DNA of 64,000 nucleotides from Candidatus Latescibacterota bacterium (GTDB lineage Bacteria; Latescibacterota; UBA2968; UBA8231): NCBI GenBank assembly GCA_963422735.1, contig OY730476.1, positions 1,920,001 to 1,984,000 of the forward strand, read 5' to 3'. Shown piece by piece: positions 57,966 to 64,000 of this stretch (position 1 is its first letter; each line of letters starts with the position of its first letter). The notes under the pieces were generated by a model. It saw only the letters and a program-made list of their open reading frames with translations, ran no database searches and was not told where the DNA came from. The position numbers and the translations under genes were made by a program.

Positions 57966-60716
57966 CTACTCAAGACCGGCGAACACGGTGACGAATATGG
58001 CCGTTTCAGTGCGCGCCTTTTCGGCCGAGGCGCGATCGATCCGCGATACGCGGAACCCAGTCTGGGTCCACAGATTGTAGCCTAGGTATTCGGCGTTGTT
58101 GGTAAACTGCAAGGCATAGACCATCTCGTTGCGATCCGAGCGCAGCAAATGGGTTTCCAACTCCTCGCGGAACTGCTCGACGAGTAAGTACTCTAGGCCG
58201 GTCTGTAATTCTGTGCGCGACAGAATCGGTACGCGCAGTACCAAAGACCAGAGCTCGCGCAACTCCGTAGTCGCCATCCGCTCTTGGGTGTCCTCGCGGC
58301 GCGAGGGCCGCTGGTGCTGGAACTCGCTCTTCCAGCGCGGCTGGAACTTGAGGACCCCGAGGTCGAAAGTGTAATCAACCTTATTGAGGACGCCGAAGAA
58401 GGAAGCCGTCTCGCGGATATCTTGCTCCTCAATCGGCCGTGCGGCGTAATTGGACTGTTTGAAAACCTCCCACTTGAAGCGGTTCTTGATGTGGATGCGG
58501 TCGCTTTGGTATTGATAGCCCAAGTACAGGGTATTGGCCCAACCATCGCGTAGGGGCAGGGGGTCGGTATAGGGTACTTCGTCGCCGCGCGATCCCTCGC
58601 GCAAGACCCACTCGATCACGTCGTCGCGGACATCGTCTTGGACCTTCCGGTAGTTGTTGTACACCTGCACACGCCCCTTGCTGGCGTAGTCTTTGTCAAA
58701 GGTCAGCAAGGCGTAATTGGTGACGTTCTCGCGGGCGTCGGCTAGCTGGCGCTCGTCGAGGCGACCGACGGTCAGCCGCGCCTCTGGGCCCAAGTGGGAA
58801 CCAGCGTAAATATTGTACCCGCGCCGATCCCGCTTGTAGAGGTAGTCGGGCAGAATGTCGTTTTCAAAACGGTCAACGATGCCGTTATTGTTCATATCGA
58901 CTCCGAAGAGGAATTCGGGCCGATCCGAAGCATAGCGGAGAAAAGGCTCCTCGTAATCAGGCACTTTATTCTCGCGCCACTCGTTGTCATTTTGGTTGAA
59001 GTCGTTGATGAAGTCGTTGTTCTCGTCAAAACCAGGGAAAACCCGGAGGTCCTGTGAGAAGTTGGCACGCAACCAGTCGGGGTTGCGGTCCTGATCGTCG
59101 TTGTCATCGACGAATTCGTAAACGAAACGTCTGTCGTCGTCGTAGTTGATATCGGCCGCGTCGTTCAGGGTGCCGGCTAAAAAGGTGCTGGTGCTGTAGC
59201 TAGGATCAACGTTATATACCTCGCCGAAGCCAAAGTAGGGATAAGCGCGTTTATACACGTTGACAAACCAAGCATCGGCCGAGGTGCTGTGCGCCTTGTG
59301 CTGGGTCACGTCAATTTCCGACCGCCGCGGATAGCGAAAGTGCTGGCGGTTGCGGTCGTATTCCCCCGAGAAGTAAAACCCGCTGACATCCATAACATCG
59401 AGCGTAAAACCGAAGATCTCATTGGCTACCGGCAACCCGTATTTGACGCGCACAAAGCCCTGATTCGAGCCATCCTGCACGTTGCCGTCGGCGCGCACTG
59501 TGCGATCGGGAATGCCCTCAGAGAGCAAGACCGGCTGACCGTTGGCGTTGAGTTGGCGGCTGGAGGTAACGTCGATCCGGTAGTCGTTGGCCAAAAGCAA
59601 CAGGAACTCAATGCTCTTGATCTGCTCGGGCTGAGGGCCGAAGGAGTTGCGGTACTGCGGACCTTCAAGGTCGTAAACTAGCACGATGACCTCGTTGCCA
59701 TCGGCCGAAAGGAATCCTTCGCGGCGGAAGCCCCCCTGTACTGCCGGGCTGAAGTCGAGGATGTTGTTATTGCCGATGCGGCGGCGATTGCTGATGCGCT
59801 CGCCGTCAATGGTAGTAATGATCATCTCCTCCTGAAAGAAGGCCGTGCCCGCCTCACCGTCCTCGGGCGAATCGTCGCTCAACCGCACCTCAATGCGCGT
59901 GACGTCGGCGTTGTTCTGGCCCTCGGTGAGCGTACCCTTGAAGGGGTTGCCCTGAAATGCTTGCCCTTTGGTCGAGGAGTTGAAAGCATTGACGTAAGTC
60001 GCGCCAAACTTGACAAAGTCGCCGACCTGCATGATGCCGCGGCCGCCGATCAGGTTGGTGTCGTTCGAGCGGAAACGACCGGTGCTAGCCGTCTCTAAAG
60101 TTTCGACTTGCCCAGGTGAACTGGGACGCGAAACGAGAAGTGTCGCCTCGTATTTGTCCGTGGCCAAGTCGAACTGAATACCGGCGAATGTCGGTTTGGA
60201 AAAGGTCATCGGCGTCAGCGTCGTGCGGATGCGATCGCTGATGGTCAGGGCATAGGCGTATTGGCCTTTCTGATCCGAGGCGATGACCAAGCTCGCAAAC
60301 CAGCTACTGAATCGGCCGGTTTTTAGTAGGCTGCTGCCCGATGTCTGCGGTGCTGCAATGCTCCAGTCGTAAATGAGTTCACCGCGGGTGATGTAATTCC
60401 CGTAGAGGTCGTAGAAATACTGGCCTTCCTGGTTGGTGTTCACAAAGCGCTGATAATGTCGGCGGGCATAATTGGTATAGTCCTGTTGCCGCCATTGGTA
60501 TTCATTAAAAAGTTCTTGGGGCACGTACCACTTCTTCACCGCTGGATCCAGTGCGTCAAAAAGCACCCCCGACCCAGTGGGATCGTAGAAAACCTCCCCA
60601 CCGCGGCGCATACCCAGACGCGAACCGAAGTCCTCCTGTGCTGGGAGATACTCGACCACCACTCCCAGCATCAGGACCGCCACCGCACCGGTGCGGAAAC
60701 TCCTAACTGTGTTCAC
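57966..60716 (-). CDS. Large secreted protein, probable outer-membrane beta-barrel with Asp-rich Ca-loops
   Basis: Signal peptide, amphipathic beta strands, 'DDNDDQDR', 'FDENNDFINDFN', 'DMNNNGIVD', C-terminal 'AIFVTVFAGLE'. Confidence 0.6.
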   Translation of the reverse strand: MNTVRSFRTGAVAVLMLGVVVEYLPAQEDFGSRLGMRRGGEVFYDPTGSGVLFDALDPAVKKWYVPQELFNEYQWRQQDYTNYARRHYQRFVNTNQEGQYFYDLYGNYITRGELIYDWSIAAPQTSGSSLLKTGRFSSWFASLVIASDQKGQYAYALTISDRIRTTLTPMTFSKPTFAGIQFDLATDKYEATLLVSRPSSPGQVETLETASTGRFRSNDTNLIGGRGIMQVGDFVKFGATYVNAFNSSTKGQAFQGNPFKGTLTEGQNNADVTRIEVRLSDDSPEDGEAGTAFFQEEMIITTIDGERISNRRRIGNNNILDFSPAVQGGFRREGFLSADGNEVIVLVYDLEGPQYRNSFGPQPEQIKSIEFLLLLANDYRIDVTSSRQLNANGQPVLLSEGIPDRTVRADGNVQDGSNQGFVRVKYGLPVANEIFGFTLDVMDVSGFYFSGEYDRNRQHFRYPRRSEIDVTQHKAHSTSADAWFVNVYKRAYPYFGFGEVYNVDPSYSTSTFLAGTLNDAADINYDDDRRFVYEFVDDNDDQDRNPDWLRANFSQDLRVFPGFDENNDFINDFNQNDNEWRENKVPDYEEPFLRYASDRPEFLFGVDMNNNGIVDRFENDILPDYLYKRDRRGYNIYAGSHLGPEARLTVGRLDERQLADARENVTNYALLTFDKDYASKGRVQVYNNYRKVQDDVRDDVIEWVLREGSRGDEVPYTDPLPLRDGWANTLYLGYQYQSDRIHIKNRFKWEVFKQSNYAARPIEEQDIRETASFFGVLNKVDYTFDLGVLKFQPRWKSEFQHQRPSRREDTQERMATTELRELWSLVLRVPILSRTELQTGLEYLLVEQFREELETHLLRSDRNEMVYALQFTNNAEYLGYNLWTQTGFRVSRIDRASAEKARTETAIFVTVFAGLE

Positions 60717-60762
60717 AAATACCCTCCCTTGTTGTCGAATTCCGGTCCGAAATGCTGCTTTA

Positions 60763-63700
60763 TCAATAGACCACGTGTACGAGGCGCGTCAATTCGCTAT
60801 CTCGATCGTCGGCCTCCACTTTGATCTGACAGAGATATATCCCCGGCGGTACGACCTGCCCCCCTATATCCCGTCCATCCCACACAAACGCCTGCGTCCC
60901 TACCTTACCACCGGTCCCCGAGCTTTGGCCTTGGCCTACTAAGCGTCCACCCAAATCGTAAAATGCGACTTCCAACGGCCGTTCCTCCTGTACCTTTAAT
61001 AAAACAAAATGCACCAAAAGCTGGTCGTTGACCCCGTCGCCATTGGGCGTGAAAACCGACGCCATCCCCACGTCTTGGATCAAAGATCCCGACAAGGCCA
61101 TTAGGCTGACTTGCGCCGTCGAAGAATCCACCAACTCGGTCGCATCCTTATCGGTGGTATCAACCCGTTGGAATACCCTCTCATCCGAGTCCGAAGACCG
61201 CACGAACGACGTAAACTCAATGCCCTCGCGGAAGCTCTGCGACTCAAACTGTACCTCGATGAGCGCGTGCTGGCCAGTCGGCAAATCGGCGTTGAGCGAA
61301 AACGGGAAGCGCACCCAGATCGAATCCTCACCCGTCGCCATGCGCTCCAACACCTCGCCATCCGCGTCGCGGAAGACCCCGTCGTCGCCCGGGGCAAAGG
61401 CGCGATCAAACTCCGTAGTCGTCGCCGAGGTCAGCACTTCCTCCGGGTTGAGGAGCGAGGGTGTCTGAGCGATGGCGACCTGCCCCAAGCGCACACCTGT
61501 CAAGTGTGCAGCACGCGGCGCGGCGACCAGCACTTCGTTAAAGCCGGCGCGCACCGTCGCGTCAGTCGGGTCGGGCGTAGCGGCGCGGATGAAATAAGCG
61601 AATTGCTGCGGCGCGAGCGGATCGACATTGCGCGGCGGGGCGTAGTCCGAGGTCTGGACACCCAAGTTGCTCGGAACGCGCGTCGCTCCCTCGTCGCTAA
61701 GGAGCGCCAACTCGCCGACCAGTTCCAGCGCCAGCGGCGGTGCTAGCTCAATGCTCAGCCTGCGGATGCGCGCTGTCTTAAATGGGTCCTCTGAGGAGAT
61801 ATTGAGCCGCACCTGGACGAACTTGCGCGGATTGGGCGAGGTGATCGTCGCCTCGTTGACGCCGTTGGTGGGTAGATAGCTTTTGCTCCACTCGCTCCAG
61901 CCGACGAAGGCCAACTCGCCGTCCTTGTCAAAGCTCAAACGCGGTGCCCGGCGCAATTTCTTGCCATCTTCGTCGACGAGGCCATCGCCGTCATTGTCAA
62001 TGAGGTCAATCGGATCCTCGTCGTTGGCCCCATCGCCATCGTCGTCCTTGCGCGAGGCGTGCCTCTTGCTGTCGGGCAGAGTCTGCCAAATCTCCCAAGC
62101 CATCCACTCCAAGGCTATCTCGTCGTAGATAACTTTCGTCACTTCCTCGCGCTCTTCGCTGCCAGCGATGGTGGTGACTTGGTAGTAGGTAAAATTGGTG
62201 TCGGTCTGGTCAGAGGTGCGGGTCTGTATCTGCAAGCGGACATCCGGGTGGCGATCCAGCGGCTCAATCCGCTCAATGAATTGACCGGTGAGCGGATCGG
62301 TGTCGCGGATTAGAATGTCGCCATCCCAAGCGATGCGCGGCAGGGTCTTGCGGATGAAATTGCCGCGCGAATCGGTCAGCGAGATCGGCGGCGAGTAGGC
62401 CCACACGCTCACCGGATACCCCTCGCCGTAGAGTTGGATCTCGGCCATGGTCGCCAACGCCCCATATCGGCCCGACTGATTCCCGGTGACGTCGATATCG
62501 CGGACCTGCAGAAAGCGGATCTTGCGGGGGGCAAAGGCTTCTTGGAAAATGCGCACTACCGGCGTGTGATTGTCAATGTGCTCCTCGCTAATGATATTGT
62601 CCCACTTGAGCCCCTCTTCGAGTTGGATAAAATCTTCGCGGGCTTTCATGCTCAAGGGTTTGAGCAGGGTGCCATCGGAGACCAGAATGCCCGGCCCCAA
62701 GAAGGCCCCCTTGTGGCTCTGGTTGATGCGCTTGTTGACCACCGAAAGATTGTCAACCCAGAACACGGCCCCTAAATCGTACCAAGCCGTGCCCTTGACG
62801 TAAACTGGCGACCATGTATTGGCAGTCCACTGAGAGTCGTAAAGCCCGTCGGTAGCCAGTTGGGGGGCACCTAAGCCGCCGTTTTCAAACGAAGCACCGC
62901 CGCGCTTTTCGGGCTGCAGCGAGTAGTTGTCGCCCTTGGCCCAGACCTGAACCTCGGCGATGCGGGGGACCTCCTTGACGTAGTAGAGGATCAGCCCGCG
63001 CTGTTCCTCGGGTAGGGTTTGATATTTTTCACGGGCGGTCTGGTTGGCATCGTCTTGGATCTCGACGAGCAAACCGCCGGCCGTCTGGCGCTGATAGACG
63101 AGCGCACCGCGCTGTTCCTCGGGCAGTGCTTCATAAGCGAGGCGCGCCTCTTCGCCAGCACCCAAAAAGGAATCGCGCCAGAGATCCGAACTCGTCGCCT
63201 TGACGCGCACATACTGGATGAAAGCTCCACTGATATCGGGCAAACCGTCCAAGTCCCAGTCGGCCTTGTCTAGGGGCGAGAGGGGGAAGGTCATCTGCAC
63301 GTAACGACCTTCAGTACCGGGTACGGCGACGAGTTGCACACCATCCGCCCCTACAACACCCGTCGAAGCTTGGGCTATGAGTGAAAACTGGAGATTGTTG
63401 CCCAAGGGAAAGGGAAAGCGCTCACCCATCGAGGCGAAGAGCGCGAATGCCTTGACCGGTTGGCCGAGAAACTCGGCCTCGAACTGACTGACAGGGAAAA
63501 CGATCGTCAGGCTATCGGCGAAAACCAGCCGCCCTAGGTCAATTTCAAGCTCCCACTTGTTGAGCCCGTCAAGATGGAAGTCTCCGGGATCGCTCAGGCG
63601 GCTTGCAAAACTGATCGGCGTGTCCGGCTCCCAGAACGTGCTCAAGTCGTCGTCGAGGACATTGTTGGCCAAGACGTCGTTGGATTTGGCGGTCGCACCG

Positions 63701-64000
63701 CCGATAGTTAGCTCGCCGGCGGCGCGGATTAGGTCGGGATAGGTGAAGTCGTTAGCCGTGGGAGCGACATTGATATTGCGGCGGAAAAACACCGGCCGCA
63801 ACCCGTTGGCTCCGACCTCGAAGATATCCGCTTCGCCGACCAACACGTTCAAACTGGAGACCAGATCGTTCTGATATATCCAGTTTTCCCAGTGAGAAGC
63901 CCGATCCACGAGGAGCGAATTGCCTTGAAGGCGATAGGCATCACCGTCCTGGGCTAGACAGAAATTCGGCATAGATACTACGACGAGGGGCACCCCCCAC
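60763..64000 (-). CDS. Large FlgD-Ig/CHU_C-CTD secreted protein (5' end probably beyond the window)
   Basis: Discoidin-like 'EIDLGRLV', DDDGDG repeats, C-terminal 'VFTPNGDGVND...YDLGG...WDGRD...PPGIYL'. Related to 42395-45049. Confidence 0.8.
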   Translation of the reverse strand, partial: WGVPLVVVSMPNFCLAQDGDAYRLQGNSLLVDRASHWENWIYQNDLVSSLNVLVGEADIFEVGANGLRPVFFRRNINVAPTANDFTYPDLIRAAGELTIGGATAKSNDVLANNVLDDDLSTFWEPDTPISFASRLSDPGDFHLDGLNKWELEIDLGRLVFADSLTIVFPVSQFEAEFLGQPVKAFALFASMGERFPFPLGNNLQFSLIAQASTGVVGADGVQLVAVPGTEGRYVQMTFPLSPLDKADWDLDGLPDISGAFIQYVRVKATSSDLWRDSFLGAGEEARLAYEALPEEQRGALVYQRQTAGGLLVEIQDDANQTAREKYQTLPEEQRGLILYYVKEVPRIAEVQVWAKGDNYSLQPEKRGGASFENGGLGAPQLATDGLYDSQWTANTWSPVYVKGTAWYDLGAVFWVDNLSVVNKRINQSHKGAFLGPGILVSDGTLLKPLSMKAREDFIQLEEGLKWDNIISEEHIDNHTPVVRIFQEAFAPRKIRFLQVRDIDVTGNQSGRYGALATMAEIQLYGEGYPVSVWAYSPPISLTDSRGNFIRKTLPRIAWDGDILIRDTDPLTGQFIERIEPLDRHPDVRLQIQTRTSDQTDTNFTYYQVTTIAGSEEREEVTKVIYDEIALEWMAWEIWQTLPDSKRHASRKDDDGDGANDEDPIDLIDNDGDGLVDEDGKKLRRAPRLSFDKDGELAFVGWSEWSKSYLPTNGVNEATITSPNPRKFVQVRLNISSEDPFKTARIRRLSIELAPPLALELVGELALLSDEGATRVPSNLGVQTSDYAPPRNVDPLAPQQFAYFIRAATPDPTDATVRAGFNEVLVAAPRAAHLTGVRLGQVAIAQTPSLLNPEEVLTSATTTEFDRAFAPGDDGVFRDADGEVLERMATGEDSIWVRFPFSLNADLPTGQHALIEVQFESQSFREGIEFTSFVRSSDSDERVFQRVDTTDKDATELVDSSTAQVSLMALSGSLIQDVGMASVFTPNGDGVNDQLLVHFVLLKVQEERPLEVAFYDLGGRLVGQGQSSGTGGKVGTQAFVWDGRDIGGQVVPPGIYLCQIKVEADDRDSELTRLVHVVY

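Overview
This is a ~60% GC bacterial window. The protein repertoire (FlgD/CHU_C-type C-termini, a PorV/PorP-like barrel, a 'VEPRSWGRLK' C-terminal motif, many TPR and FG-GAP proteins, PhyH and HpcH enzymes) suggests a Latescibacterota-like or other FCB/PVC-adjacent lineage; this is inference. (1) Bases 1-27.1 kb, all on the minus strand, hold a repeated, visibly more AT-rich cassette system. Each cassette combines a small Sec-leader Cys-rich peptide followed by a strong hairpin, a ~270-320 aa secreted protein of an unknown family (called 'YGGF/FFRLxWD' here), and a pair of ABC-2 permeases with hypervariable external loops. Two cassettes also have a near-identical ECF sigma factor, a TGTAAC-N17-CGTC promoter and a DUF1573-like gene. 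Three cassettes are present, and one carries a peptide-YGGF fusion. Between the cassettes sit a doubly frameshifted glycosyltransferase-transglutaminase fusion, a GT2, a TPR protein, and a sigma54-driven NEW3-like/TolC/ABC-ATPase operon that supplies the only ATPase in the window. This is the best candidate for an undescribed diversifying peptide export/sensing system. (2) Bases 27.4-33.2 kb hold metabolic genes (HpcH aldolase, PhyH, pseudogene fragments, DHDPS-family, aroA). (3) Bases 33.3-64 kb hold an envelope/secretion cluster: ExbB/ExbD plus a TonB-anchor-DUF4159 protein, a large TPR protein, a PorV/PorP-like barrel, paralogous lipoproteins, two large Ca-repeat/FlgD-CTD proteins, GT39-TPR, ASPIC/UnbV FG-GAP proteins, SGNH-TPR, PpiC and a probable outer-membrane barrel. 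No rRNA, tRNA or CRISPR array was seen.
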